From the NCBI RefSeq assembly GCF_018350175.1, contig NC_058377.1:61194001-61258000 (forward strand): a stretch of 64,000 nt of DNA. The letters are read 5' to 3'. The notes below the pieces were generated by a model. It was not told the origin of the DNA. It did not search any database and worked only from the letters and a program-made list of their open reading frames with translations. Shown piece after piece: positions 48,840-62,040 of this stretch. The translations under genes were made by a program, and so were the position numbers. Each line of letters begins with the position of its first letter. Positions within the stretch are counted from its first letter, which is position 1. Source of the stretch: Felis catus (taxonomy: Eukaryota).

Positions 48840-49046
48840 GAACCTAATCTCTAATTCCCAATGGCTTCTTTCCCTGACAGCATGGGCAGGCCATCCCCCT
48901 CTATGCCCTTGGGAACCTTTGATGTTAGGAAACATGTATATAGCTGAGCTCATTTGGAAAAGCCATAAGTCATGAGAGAACTGAAGGTCTCCACAGGTGA
49001 GGTGACTGCTCATCTTTATCCCCACAGAACCTCTGGTGAGGTAAGG
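48840..49046 (+). promoter_or_regulatory. Candidate promoter and first exon of the 49821 OR51
   Basis: CTAATT near 48851, O/E-like GCCCTTGGGA 48905-48914, donor GAG|GTAAGG 49040/49041; candidate acceptor tttctctttgactacAG at 49665-49666. Confidence 0.45.
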
Positions 49047-49820
49047 CAATGCACAGTGGAGCTCACTTGTGTACAACTTCAGATGTTAGTCAGAGCTCTT
49101 TAAAGCTCATTTTTTATGTGTCCTTTGTATTAATTATGAACTTCTTGGACTCCAGTCTTATTCTTTCGTACACACCTTTAAGGTGAAGTTGAGAGAGAAT
49201 AAAGATACAGAAATAATAGAGTCATCATCTTATCCTAATAGGACCTTGGGATTACGTATTGATAAAGATTCTAATTTAATCAGGGATATGAGGGATATGA
49301 GGCTATTCTCACTGCAAAGACTCTGTATGGATGACATTCCTATTTCCCTAACTGTCACCATCAATTGCTTTCGTGGCCAAGAAGACAAATAGCAAGCATA
49401 AGAATCAAGAGAGGTTTCTCCCCTTTCCACCTATTTCCCTAGACTTTAATCTTTAAAGTAGTTTTAGATTGTCCTTGCCTAGCAACCATGCCACAGGTTA
49501 TCTGAAAAAAAAATGGAAGGAAAATTTAGAGACTGTTTTCATATGATTTTTCATGTCTTTATTAAGATAGTGTTATATGTGGAAATTAAATAGCTCATAT
49601 GAGTTTCTTCTTATGATCTCTTGTCTATAAGTTTACTAGTGACTTCGTGTTTCTCTTTGACTACAGCTTTGAATAGGTGGTGAAGGGGACTTGTGTAGTC
49701 AACAGCACAAGCACAGAATGTAAACTTCATGAAATAAGGATCATGGCGATGGGGTGCTAATCCAGACTCTCTTAATCTATATACAAAGATTGTTGATTTC
49801 TGCGCTCCAAATGACACATC

Positions 49821-50753
49821 ATGGTCTTCTTCAATGGTAGTAGCTACAGACCTTTTCTTCTGAGTGGTTTTCCTGGTCTGGAAGACTCACATCCAATGAT
49901 TTCCATTTTGTTTTGTGTCCTCTACCTGATTGCCCTAATGGGTAACATCACCATCTTAGTGGTTATTAAAGTGGAACGGTCACTTCATACACCCATGTAC
50001 TTTTTTCTCTCCATGCTGGCTGCTAGTGACCTTGGAATCTGTGCTACCACCCTGCCCACCCTGCTCAAGCTTTTCTGGTCTAATGTTCGGGAAATAGACT
50101 TTGATGCCTGCCTCATCCAGATGTTCTTTATCCATGTGTTTTCCTTAATGGAGTCAGGCATCCTCCTCACCATGGCTTTTGACCGCTATGTGGCCATCTC
50201 CAACCCACTCAGGTACACTACTGTTTTGACTGATTCTACCATTGCCAAAATAGGTGTGGGGCTTCTGCTACGGGCTGTTGCTGTCATCTTCCCAGGACCC
50301 TTTCTCATCAAACGACTGAGGTTTTGTAAGGCTAATGTGCTCTCCCACTCATACTGCCTGCACCCAGATATAATCAAGCTCTCTTGTTCTGACCACCGAA
50401 TAAATAGCATCTATGGCCTCATCATCATTCTCATCACCTTTGGTGTGGACTCTGTACTCATTCTCCTCTCTTATTTGAAGATCCTGATTACTGTGCTAGG
50501 CATCGCCTCCCGGGAACAACAATTTAAGGCCCTTAACACTTGTGTCTCCCACATCTGTGCTGTGCTTCTGGTTTATGTCCCTATGCTGGGTGTATCCATT
50601 ATCCATCGCTTTGGGAAACATGTTCCATCTATGGTGCACATTATCATGGGTTATATATACCTATTGATTCCTCCTGTTCTCAACCCTGTTGTATACTGTG
50701 TTAAAACCCGAGAGATACGTACCCGTATTCTAGGTAATCTACTGAAATTATAG
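49821..50753 (+). CDS. Olfactory receptor, class I family 51, intact, 310 aa
   Basis: SGFPGLE, LHTPMY, MAFDRYVAISNPLRY, LSHSYCLHPD, KALNTCVSHICAV, IHRFGK, PPVLNPVVY; sequon NGS; AATAAA at 50981. Confidence 0.96.
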   Translation: MVFFNGSSYRPFLLSGFPGLEDSHPMISILFCVLYLIALMGNITILVVIKVERSLHTPMYFFLSMLAASDLGICATTLPTLLKLFWSNVREIDFDACLIQMFFIHVFSLMESGILLTMAFDRYVAISNPLRYTTVLTDSTIAKIGVGLLLRAVAVIFPGPFLIKRLRFCKANVLSHSYCLHPDIIKLSCSDHRINSIYGLIIILITFGVDSVLILLSYLKILITVLGIASREQQFKALNTCVSHICAVLLVYVPMLGVSIIHRFGKHVPSMVHIIMGYIYLLIPPVLNPVVYCVKTREIRTRILGNLLKL

Positions 50754-51827
50754 CTGAAGTACTTTAGAGTCACTTATTATTTCTAGAATAATCCTTATGA
50801 AATTAATTTCTAACTTGAGAAAATGAAATATATATCACTGAGAAACATTCATATGTTCACAATTCCCATGTATATATTTTTCTCTCACTCTTCTGGAATT
50901 TTTGAAGATAGTATCAATATACTACGACTTTTCATTTCCCTCAAGTAACTCGACATAGATAGATGATAAATAATCGTACAAATAAAGAGTGACTTCTCAA
51001 TCATCTATATTGTCAGAAAGCTCCAATATCCATGGAAGTCAGTGGATTAGTTGGAAGATGTAAGATGCAAAACATAAGGCATCCAGTGGAGGCCATGCTA
51101 TCATCTGACTCCATGTAGTCTGCAATTTAACTTCTGATGACACCTCCCACAAATGTCTCTTCCATGATTTTTTACTATCCATCTTTGAAATTATATTTAA
51201 TTTTGTCAGCTTTCACTTGTGAGAGATCTTTAGATATGACTTTACAAATGTATTAATCTATTTTACCATGCACAGGCCCAACTTCTTTGATATCTGCAGG
51301 CACACATGTAACATCTAGAAAACTAAAAATTATAGCACAGACTGAAAACTTGACATGAACTGGTGTTTTGGCATGCCAGGTACTACTCTTTGTCTCATAC
51401 TTTTTATTTGCTAATGAGTATTCTGCTGATTTGTGAAATTATGTAACTAAGCTTATATAAAAGTAGGCTATTGATTCTCAGTAGCTTTTGGAGAATGTGT
51501 GTGCTGCTGAGAATATTTGATAGAAGATAGTTACTTTTATTTGAACAGCACCAACTTTAAATTGTTTTTGCCTCCAAGGAGTTATTAAAATAATGACAAA
51601 AAAAGAGAGAAATAACAGTGTTTCCAGTTGGTTGCATTTGCAGCATATCCTGCCAAGAATAAGACGGAAATATTTCATGAGTCAGGACATCAACTTCTTA
51701 GAGGCGATAGGGCCTTATATATTCCTCTCTCTCAAGGTTTGCTGATTTCTATGGCTTTCCTATACCTACTGAAGAAAAACAAACAAACAAATTTCTACAA
51801 AATTATGTTTACAAAGATTTCCAGACA

Positions 51828-52037
51828 GGGGCACCTGGGTGGCTCGGTCAGTGAAGCGTTAGACTTCAGCTCAGGTCATGATCTTGTGGTTTGTGAATTT
51901 GAGCCCTGCATTGGGCTCTGTGTTGACAGCTCAGAACCTGGAGCCTGTTTCAGATTCTGTGTTTCCCTCTCTCTCTGTCCCTCCCCTGCTCACTCTCTGT
52001 CTCTCTCTCTCAAAAATAAATAAAAAACATTAAAAAA
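51828..52037 (+). mobile_element. CAN-SINE
   Basis: Full body; degenerate TSD ACAAAGAT.TC..GACA. Confidence 0.93.
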
Positions 52038-52304
52038 CCACAAAGATATCTGGACATAAATGGGAATTTCATAGTATTTCTAAATGTATGGTAAAGTAGG
52101 ACCTTGTAAATTTAACTATTGCCTCACCTGTGCCTGTAAACAACCTATTTCCAGCTGTAGACATTCCATTTAGACACTCTGGAAAGCCAATGAACGTTTC
52201 CTACCATTGTTATTTTTAGTTTCTCATTTACCATTTTCATCTTTCATATAATTCCAGAACTCTTTATTGTTTAAACTAAATGCCTTTATCTTACCTGGGA
52301 AACA

Positions 52305-52306
<2 letters not shown>

Positions 52307-52337
<31 letters not shown>
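52307..52337. repeat. (TG)n microsatellite
   Basis: Direct reading. Confidence 0.95.
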
Positions 52338-52341
<4 letters not shown>

Positions 52342-53573
52342 TATCTGAATATTTCTTTAATTAAGACACAAAACTTGTATCTTTCACTGAGTATTCATAC
52401 TAATAGAAATACAGCATACATGTGATCTACAAAATATGTATCAGAAGAAAAAGAAATAAATATATGGTCGTATATTATTTGAGATATAAACCACAAAGTA
52501 GACAAAAAACATCAAGGCCATGGTCTAAATAAGGAAAAATTACATAAATCTTCTGGGCAATAGAGAAAAGCAGTTTATTTTCTTTTGGAGCAACTGGGAC
52601 ATTTGCGCTTAGACACGACTCTGAGATCAATGGCAAAGGTGAGGCTGAGACCTGCATTTGACCTGTAGGAAAATTCTAAATGAAGATCATATTATTGAAC
52701 TCTACCTTGAATGTTCTTCAGTGGAAAATGTGGCTTGGTATTATATTATCCAGTGTTTTCTGACTGATAATTAATAATTTCTCAAGTCTGGTGGTGAGGT
52801 AGTTAATAGGTGTCAATAGAAGAATTTCAGGATAATTTCATATTGGTGAATTAAAATACATGACTTACTATATCCCTTTGAACTACGTATGAGGGTATGT
52901 AATTTCAGAGTTCAGGAGTACCTGAAGGCACAAATATAATTAATGTAAAAATAAGAATACATATGAAGACAAACTGCATTGATTTACATCTCTAACCACT
53001 GAGTAGCATCATAATTATGTATCTTCACTAAAGGAATGTTCTTAGCTTATTTGTATTCTCTTACCATTGCAATAAGTTGTCTCACTTCTCTGGATCATCA
53101 ACATTCAATGAATTCATTTTTGTTTTTCTCTCAGGTAAGTATATACATGTAGACTCCTTTTAATTAATAATGTGTATATTTCCTTAATCTTATTATATAT
53201 AATCTCCAACCAAAATCATGGTTAGTAATGACAGTTTTATTTACTCCTCTTCTAATTCAGGTTGTATATACCTAAACATGAACAGTTATTACTTGACCAC
53301 TGGAAGCTGTTGTCTTGGTATTAGTTTATATATAGTACCAAGAATGATCAAATGATAGAACAGTATTGGAGTTGCCCATGAATTTTAACTGAAAGTTAGG
53401 CAAGCCAATAGCAGTCAACATCATCTCTTTCTCTTATTCTCCTCTGTAAATTGCATAAAGAACATGGGAATCTGTGCTAAACTGTTCGGGGAATAAACAG
53501 CTGATTGCAGTGCCAACCTTGAGGCAGGAGAACTTGACATAAGTGAAATCAACTTGTAGAAGTGGAAGTATCA

Positions 53574-53733
53574 GGGCACCTGGGTGGCTCAGTTGGTTAA
53601 GCCTCTGACTTAGACTCAGGTCAGGATCTCATGGTTCACAGGTTCAAGCCCTGCATAGGACTCTGTGCTGACAGCTCAGAGCCTGGAGCCTGCTTTGGAT
53701 TCTCTGTCTCCCTTTCTCTCTGCCCCTCCCCCA

Positions 53734-53783
<50 letters not shown>

Positions 53784-53802
53784 AAAAATAAACATTAAAA
53801 AA
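53574..53802 (+). mobile_element. CAN-SINE with expanded (CT)n
   Basis: Full body; long perfect CT run at about 53739-53781. Confidence 0.93.
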
Positions 53803-54921
53803 AGACTTCTACAAATATTGGGAATTATAAGGCATTTTAAAAGTATCATATCCCCCTTCATTTTTTAATTTATTTTTTTGCCTTTAAACAAGTGTAGACC
53901 ATGAACCAAGAAAATTCAGTTACATTTGCAAGGTTTTTTTTGTACCACCCTATGCACAGCTATGTGCTAGATAGTTTTAGAATTATAAGGAAAGATGGTT
54001 TTGTATACTGAAAAGAGTTACAGATAAAATTGAGACCTAAATCTGTAACTGTCTCCTACTACCACAAATTTATAAGTAGCTACACCTCAATGAGTTATAT
54101 TGTTACATGAATGAAATTCCTCATAGCCAAATTCATCAGGGATATATTTATTTTTACATATGAATAAGTAGTGTAGCCCTAAATTATTATTAAGATACAT
54201 TTGATCCAATGGATTATAGTCACTGGCTTCATATGATAATATCTAGAGGCTTTCAAAAATTACTGAGTCTCAGTAATTATTCTAAAAAATATTTCTTAAA
54301 ATTAAGTAAAAGAAAAATATGCAGATGGCAATTTTCTATTTCTGAGGGAAACAAATCTCCTCAGAAAAGGCAGAACATGTGTACAGACTTTTAAAAGATG
54401 ATGCTGATGTACCATGAAACTTGATAATTTCTGTTTTGAGCCTTAATGTCCTCTTAAATCAAGAAAAAGTTTTCCAATCTTTAAAAAAGAGAGAATAAGT
54501 GGACATGCAGATATAGAAACACATTGATATAAGAATAAAGGTAATATTAAATATCCTGGAAATATAAATATCAGGAAGCAAAGAAATATGGGTTTAATAT
54601 ATTTAAGGCAAACTTAATGGATAAATGACCTTGGAAGGGTTGGGATCAGAAATGGGAGGGAGCAGATGGAAATGATTTCTAAAACACTCAATACCAACAT
54701 GTTCATATTTAAAGGGAATTTATGAAGCACTTGTTAAGTCAATCTGTATGGTCTCAGTGGACATCAACTCTCTCCTTTTGGCCATTCTGAGGATACTCTG
54801 TTAGCTCCATTTCTGCCTTTCAGTATTTCATTGGTAATTCTGATGCCAACATACCTAGAGCAAACAATCAGTATGTATTTACATCATTTAGACTGATGTC
54901 ATCATTGTTTTAAGGATATAC

Positions 54922-55881
54922 CTACATCATAGTAGAACTGATTTTTGTGCGGAGAAGTAGGTAGAGGACTCCTTGACGGATCTGTTTGGTCTTCACACTA
55001 TAGATGATTGGATTGAGCACAGGTGGAACCAATAAGTAGATGTGAGCCATGAAGATATGGATCAGTGGGGAGGAGTGTTTGGCAAAACGGTGGACAATAG
55101 ATAACCCCATCATAGGCACATATAGAATGAGTACAGCACAGATGTGAGACGCACACGTGTTGAGAGCCTTAAGCCGCCCTTCACGTGATGCAATTTTTAA
55201 TACAGAGTTAAGGATGTACACATAAGACACAAAAATACCCAGAGAGTCCATTCCCCACAGCACACTGATTAGAAGCAACCCATATATAACATTAAACAGG
55301 GTGTCAGCACAGGCAAGGCGGATCATGTCCTGGTGCAGACAATATGAATGAGAAAGGATGTGAGAGTGGCAGAAAGGAAAGAAGGCCAGCCGAGCCAGAA
55401 GTGGAATCATGGCACAGGCACTCCTAAGCAGGGCTGCAATTCCAATTTTCATGATAAGTCTTGGGGTGAGAATGGTAGCATATCGTAGAGGGTGGCAGAT
55501 AGCCACGTAGCGGTCAAAGGCCATGGCCAAGAGCACAGATGATTCCGTGAAGGAGAAAGTGTGAATGAAAAACATTTGGACCACACAGGTACTGAACTGG
55601 ATTTCCCTGGAAATGGACCACAACACCCTGAACAGTGATATCATGGTGGGCATGGACATGCCCATGTCGGTGAGGGAAAGCATGGCCAGAAAGTAGTACA
55701 TGGGCTGATGGAGCCTGGGGTCTGTCCGAACAATATGCAGGATGGTGCAGTTACCCATGATTCCAACAAGGTACAGGAGACAGAATGGAATGGATATCCA
55801 GTGGTGGAATTCCTCATAGCCAGGGATACCTGAGAGATAGAATGTGGAGGACAGGGTATTACTGGAGTTTAAGGTTCTCAT
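54922..55881 (-). CDS. Olfactory receptor, class I family 51, intact, 319 aa (328 aa from the upstream in-frame ATG at 55908)
   Basis: SGIPG, LHQPMYYFL, MAFDRYVAICHPLRY, LSHSYCLHQD, KALNTCASHICAV, VHRF, PPVLNPIIYSVKTKQIR; sequon NSS; acceptor (ttttg)n-tcctgactcAG with exon start 55952. Confidence 0.96.
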   Translation of the reverse strand: MRTLNSSNTLSSTFYLSGIPGYEEFHHWISIPFCLLYLVGIMGNCTILHIVRTDPRLHQPMYYFLAMLSLTDMGMSMPTMISLFRVLWSISREIQFSTCVVQMFFIHTFSFTESSVLLAMAFDRYVAICHPLRYATILTPRLIMKIGIAALLRSACAMIPLLARLAFFPFCHSHILSHSYCLHQDMIRLACADTLFNVIYGLLLISVLWGMDSLGIFVSYVYILNSVLKIASREGRLKALNTCASHICAVLILYVPMMGLSIVHRFAKHSSPLIHIFMAHIYLLVPPVLNPIIYSVKTKQIRQGVLYLLLRTKISSTMM

Positions 55882-56272
55882 AGAGCTCGCTGTTAAACCA
55901 CAATCCATTTTCAGGATCGTTCCAGTGAGGAAGGCAATGATAAGATCAGCATCTGAGTCAGGAAAACAAAACAAAACAAAACAATGAAACTTCAGTACTT
56001 TCCTATAAGCACTCTTGAATTCATCCCCAAATTTGTGCTTTTTCTTTCTATATTTCACTGCTGAGTATTGTTTGTTAAGTAAAATAACTTCCTTATAACC
56101 ACAAGGAGATTCCCTCCTGCTTCTCAGATGCAGACTCCTTGACATTCTCTCAAAATATGGACAATCTTCTCCTAAAGACACAACCCAGACCAGTCCACAC
56201 ACAATCTGATCCAGATTACATTCTTCATTTTATAATTTTTCTCTAGAATTTTCTTGCCAGGCACTACCGATA

Positions 56273-56555
56273 TTTTTTTGTAAAAGTATTTATTTCTCTT
56301 TCTTTCTTTCTTTTCTTTTCTTTCCTTCCTTCCTTCCTTCCTTCCTTCCTTCCTTCCTTCCTTCCTTTTTCTTTCTTTCTGAGAGGGAGACAGGGAAGGG
56401 AGGAGCAGAGAGACAGGGAGAGAGAGAATCCAAAGCAAGCTCCTTGCTGTCAGTCCAGAACCCAACATGGGGCTTGATTCCAAGCACCCGAAGATCATGA
56501 CCTCAGCCTAAATCAAGATTTGGATGTTTAACTGACTGAGCCACTCAGGCATCCC
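56273..56555 (-). mobile_element. CAN-SINE whose tail has become a (CTTC)n/(CTTT)n microsatellite
   Basis: SINE body 56380-56555; tetranucleotide run about 56293-56379. Confidence 0.9.
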
Positions 56556-57739
56556 AGGGCTACTGATCTTAACATTAGTTCTATTTTTTAATGATTCCTG
56601 CTGTGATTTACACACAATGTCTTTTTCTGCCTAAGCTTCCCAGCTTTTTCAATGATACTAGAACACCATATGTAGTTTCTTTACAGAATTCAGGCAAGTA
56701 TGGGTCAGCAGCAATTATTACTATAAGCAGGTCTTACTAACATATCCACATTTAAACCACATATAATTGAGGCCACATGCCTGGTCTGGGATTAGCAATC
56801 CCAGGAACTAAACATGGCTTAAAATAGACTTAATTAAAACAATTTTGAATTTTAAAATTATAATAATGAACTATGTAACTTTTAAACGTAATTTTCTTAC
56901 TGTAATAAAATATATAATTTAAGCAAAGTATAGCTGCCTCTGACTCTGATTATAAAGATTCACAACCTTCTCTCTATTATGCTTCAGATCTGATCAGTCA
57001 TTTAGAGAGTGGTACCTTGTACAAAAAAAAAAAAAAAGAAGGAAAGAAAAGAAAATAGAAAATAGAAAATAGATAGGGTTTGTGGAAAGATAAAGTGGAA
57101 ACTCATGCTTCAAGGCAAAAACAACACAAATAACTAAAAAACTATAGTGCTCAGAAAAAGCTTCTGACCTTGATCCTAAATCTTTCCTACTAAGAACAAA
57201 TGAGAAAATATATTTCCCAGCAGATTCCAGTATTTATGTGCTCAGGAAAAACATCTCTGAAGTAAGAAAGAGGAGCCACCTCTCAAAATCCCCATCAAGT
57301 GCCCATCAAGTGCCAAGAATCCCTGCTCACCCAAATGCTGTTTTGAGAATTTACAATCCATGAGACAGATTGCTTCCCCTTGTCAATGAATAAACTGGTA
57401 TCTTCCTGTCTTGTAAAGTCTACTGTGGCCCTTTGGGAACTTCAAATCCCCTTCAATCTACTCTAGTTCTAGGCAGATAAACCCTGATTGTAGCAGATAT
57501 TTGGCTGGAATGATAAATAATGATAATTTTCTAGGAAACAGAAGACCCATAATGTAGAAATCAAACAAGCAAGTTCCAGAGAAAAATTCAGTCTTTCTGA
57601 CGAACTCATATAACAATTAAATAGTGTCCATGTATTGAATGACCTGGTGATTAAGGTCCTGCTATTTTCCTCAATCTGCCTGGCTTATTACCACCACCAA
57701 TCCCTGCTTCTCTTGCCTGGGGCTTGTCTGTATAAATGA

Positions 57740-57930
57740 CATTGTCTGGCTCTAATGCTTGCTCGATTTTTCAGTTGAGCAAATGACTTATTTCCTTCTG
57801 TACCAAAGTAGCCTCATCTGTAAACTGAGGATAAAATCATTGACAGGATGGACTAAAATTAAAGGAGATATAGTAATCAGAATACTTAGCATAGATTCTT
57901 TATATATAGTGACCATAAAATAATGGTAAT
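57740..57930 (+). mobile_element. MIR fragment
   Basis: ttgagcaaatgacttatttccttctgtacc..cctcatctgtaaactgaggataa..atacttagcatag. Confidence 0.6.
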
Positions 57931-59019
57931 TTGATGAAGACAATATATGACAACAACAGTATTTCTTTGAAAAGTCACAAGAGGTAGGAAGCTATGAGGA
58001 CATTCTGAAGTATCCTTCCAGAAAGGAAACACCCCAGAGTGGGCACCTCACAAAAGTGACCTAACCTGGTAACCTGAGGGGTGGGAATGATGCCAGTTTC
58101 ATCTCCATCTCATCCAGTTGAAAATTCAGTGGAGCCATAACATAAATTACTTCATAATCTTTTTCTCCACCCCCAAAGTCTTTGGGTAATCATGATGGCC
58201 TTACTTCTATACTTTTCATTCTACTCAGTGTGAGTTGTGGAGAAAAAAAAAAGTCAGAGCCCAGGATGAAATGGGAAGTCTCTCCAAGAACAGGAATGAG
58301 GTCTTTGGGACTACAGGGAGCCTGGACTCTGAGCAGCCATGTTACTGCTCTCAAGTTGCCACAACATATAATCACTACATTCCATATATTCACTAGTGTT
58401 TGCTCTGCCTGTTTTTCCACAGCTCCTTATATGCTGGCCTTGGTTCAATTTTTGTCCAATTCCTCTTGTTTCTGATCCTATATTTCAAATTCACTCACAT
58501 GGTCTTGTGATGTCTTCTACCATTTCCTAGAGGAGGAGGATTGAGTTTAAGGATTGAATTTAAGATGTCAAACATCAGAAGAAGTGTAATTCGGTTAGAC
58601 CTCTGAGTCATATTAATGTCACCTTAAAAATCACTGATACTTGAGATTGGAAGGGACCTTCTTGAAGGTCATCTAGTACATCCTAATAGAATTCTTGAAT
58701 CCCTATTCTGTCATATCAGAAAAAAAAATAATCCTTCTCCCGTTATAAGCATCACATCCCACCCATGGACTCAAAGACCACCTACCATAAAGATCTAGGG
58801 CATCCTGGGCACGTCCAGCCTGCAAAGCCTGAGTCTGGCTTGAATGCTATAGGAATGAACATGAACAATGAAGGTATTTTACTGAAAATTATATCCTCTG
58901 ATGAACTGAGAATGTCTCTCTTCTCCAACAGTGTTCTGGTCCTCCTTCCCACACTCTGGGTGTCCACCCTCCTCTCTTTTGTCTCTCAAGTGCCCCTCTG
59001 TAATTTCCTCTTACACTCT

Positions 59020-59280
59020 CACTTTTATTTCCCCTGGGACTCACTCATGTACCTGGTAGAATAGTTCCACTTGTTATCAGAGACCATTCTAATTCTCAGA
59101 GGAAGAAGGATCAGTTCATAAGTCTCCTCCAGCCCTTTGAGATAGGAGGCCCCAGGATAAATGCAGGGCAGTGTGTGTAACCCTGTCAGTGCCACCACTT
59201 CAGTCTGTGTTTCTCTGGCTACAGCAGGATTGAGAGTTTGGGAATACAGGGGCAAGAGGGCTATTGAGAGTCTCAAATAC
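59020..59280 (-). promoter_or_regulatory. Candidate upstream regulatory and first-exon region of the 55881 OR51
   Basis: Consensus-like O/E site TTCCCCTGGGA at about 59029-59039 overlapping a minus-strand GTGAGT donor; second CCCCAGGA at about 59150. Confidence 0.3.
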
Positions 59281-60342
59281 TATTGCATCTATGTCTAGAA
59301 GAAATGAGGTAGCACAACATGAGATGAGATACTAGTTTGTACCCGAGATATGATGGGGCAGTAAGGATTTGTGGATATGGTGAAGCCAGTGAGAGGGACT
59401 TCTTAAGGACTTAAACTGAGGAGGGACAGTCTATACCCTAAGAGCTAGAAGTGATCTACTTCAGTTCTATTATTATACACTGGATAAAAATGAGATTCAG
59501 TTATGATCTGCCTCCCTCAAAATCATACAACAGTGGATATATGGGAAATCTCTGTTCCTTCCACTCAATTTTGCTATGAACCTAAAACTGCTATAAAATA
59601 TAAAATCTATTTTCAAAACCTCATGATGTGCCATAAAACCAATGTAATCACTCGGATCTGATTGACCAGTGTGGTACTTTGTTCACCGTGCCCTAGAGCT
59701 CTTCCTGATGAAACAGATTAATATGTTTGATAGGATTAAAAATAGAGGCCTTTACTCAACATTTAAAACTCTATTTTTGGTAACAATATTGTTTGCTACA
59801 TGTCTATTGGTGATTGAGCAGTACAGCAGCCTGGCATGTGCACTAACGAATGATCAGAAATCTCTAACTGGAGTGGGAGTTCCAATTGTAATGTCAGCCC
59901 TGTTTAGTATAGGAACTACGTTTGAAAATGTGGTCTACAGCTAATTTTTCCAACTCCGGTTTTGATCTTGGCAATATTGGTCTAATTATAACTCCTAACA
60001 ACTTTATCATAGGTTCACTCAACTCAGATTTGTCTATTGCACATTTGTCATGACTCACTAATCTCTAGACATTGCTGTATTTAATACTTTCAGTTGAGAA
60101 CTGTTTTTTTTCAGGAACTGATGACCTCAATATAAATAATAGTTTTCCTAAAGAAAATGTACTCAATTACTAAAGAAATTCACCATCCACTGATAGTCTA
60201 TGGAAATGAGACTCTTTATACTTTAACAGTAGAAAAATCCTCACAGTTCCATCTTCAAACATCTTCTTATAGAATTACCAGACAAATGATCTGAGCCTAC
60301 TGCCTTCACTTATACTCAATGCCTCATTCTTCTCCTTTTACT

Positions 60343-60564
60343 TTAATTTCTTTTTATTAAAATTTTTATGTTTATTTATTTTCAGAGAGAGACAGCATGA
60401 GTGGGGGAGGGGCAGTGAGAAAGGGAGAGGGAAAGACTCCCAAGCAGGCTCTGCACTGTCAGAACAGAGCCCAATATGGGGCTTGAACCCACAAAGCCAT
60501 GAGATCATGACCTGAGCCAAAACCAGGAGTCAGATGCTTAACCTACTGAGCCACCCAGGCGCCC
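60343..60564 (-). mobile_element. CAN-SINE
   Basis: Full body ending gagccacccaggcgccc. Confidence 0.93.
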
Positions 60565-61228
60565 TACTTTACTTCCCTTAATATTAATTTAAATCACACT
60601 TCATGGATTTTCCTATAAAGCAAATAAATAATAACATACATTTTAAAACTTCTGATGATTTACTTAAGCCAAAATGAGGGAACTTTAGCCTATGGAGAAA
60701 CTACAATGCATATAAATGTTTAGGTAGGAGTTATTTCTGTCATAAGACACAGCACCATATATTCTTTCTGAGTTACTCTGCCTCAGCAAGGGCTACATCT
60801 GAACAAATACATAGAAGGTATCTTTAGGGACAGACAAGTGCAAGAGTATTTTGTTTTGTTATTGTAAGACCCTGAGGTGATCTCTGTGAATATCTCCTTA
60901 TTTATCAATAGAGAAGCTTTGCTAAATTTTACTAATACATTTCCACATATATTTACATTCATGTATATGTATCTATATGGAATTTTCAATATGACCTTTG
61001 GGTGGATGCTAAATGAGGGAAAATATCTGAGTACCAATATCCAGAGTTAAATGTATGAAAATCCAAAAATCTTCCATTTGGAAGATCGTGATACCACCTG
61101 AAAGCTGAAGAATGTGCATGAGTTTTAGGATTGGGGTACTTAGTAAGAAATAGTGTAGTTGTACGACAATAAATAGAGTGAGACATGATGTGAGAGAAGG
61201 TTTTTGCTACAGAATAGATTTCCTCCAC

Positions 61229-61258
61229 CTTCTTTTCTTTTTCTTTCTTTCTTTCTTT

Positions 61259-61306
<48 letters not shown>

Positions 61307-61308
61307 TC
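61229..61308. repeat. (CTTT)n microsatellite
   Basis: Direct reading. Confidence 0.95.
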
Positions 61309-61818
61309 AAGATTTTAGTCTTAATAGTTCAGGGACATGCCAAGTTACAGGGTGGGGCTTTGAGATTGAAAAGCCAGAATTTTTGATGATGTGCTACTTG
61401 CTGTGGAGTGAACAGAAGGAGGTTCGTTGGCACCAACATGAAGTTCATTCAGTGTGAGGACAAGGTGAGCCCGCTGCCAGTGTGCCGGGAAACCGACAGC
61501 TCCTTGCGTTGCTCCTGACTCTCCATTTAGGACACAATTTGTACTCACTCTGGACCTCAGCAGGCAAGACCTGCAACAATGTGGTTACAACCTGTATGGT
61601 GAGCTTCCTTCACTTCCTTCTACATATCCAGTTAGTCAAACAACTTTATGGCTTTCTCTCCATTCAGCTCCCTCTCTAAGCAGTCAGATTCATCCAAACT
61701 TCCCCTCAAGACCTTTCCTCCACTCTGCACACTTCTGGATTGGCTCCCCCTCCCCCCACCCCATGCTGTGATTGGCTGACTATACTTGTCTCATTTCCTA
61801 AGATTTTAGAACAACATT

Positions 61819-62040
61819 GGGGCACCTGGATGGCTCAGTTTGTTGAGCATCTGACTTTGGCTCAGGTCATGACCTCCTGGTTCATGAGTTCGCGCCCCGC
61901 GTCGGGCTCTGTGCTGACAGCTCAGAGCCTGGAGCCTAGTTCAGATTCTGTCTCCCTCTCTCTCTGCTCCTCCCCTGCTCATGCTCTGTCTCTGTCCCTC
62001 TCTCGAAAATAAATAAAGATTATTTTTTATATATAAAAAG
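61819..62040 (+). mobile_element. CAN-SINE
   Basis: Full body; TSD TAGAACAACATT. Confidence 0.93.

Noticed and set aside
7066-55881. Specific OR gene symbols (for example OR52S, OR52AB, OR52AE, OR51AF, OR51AG from recalled rodent gene order)
   Set aside because: Plausible from memory of synteny but not verifiable without alignment, so symbols were left empty
55882-56202. 426-aa ORF suggesting an OR with a 100-residue N-terminal extension
   Set aside because: It begins at a non-ATG codon and runs through a (TTTTG)n polypyrimidine tract and splice acceptor at 55953; the extension is intronic open frame
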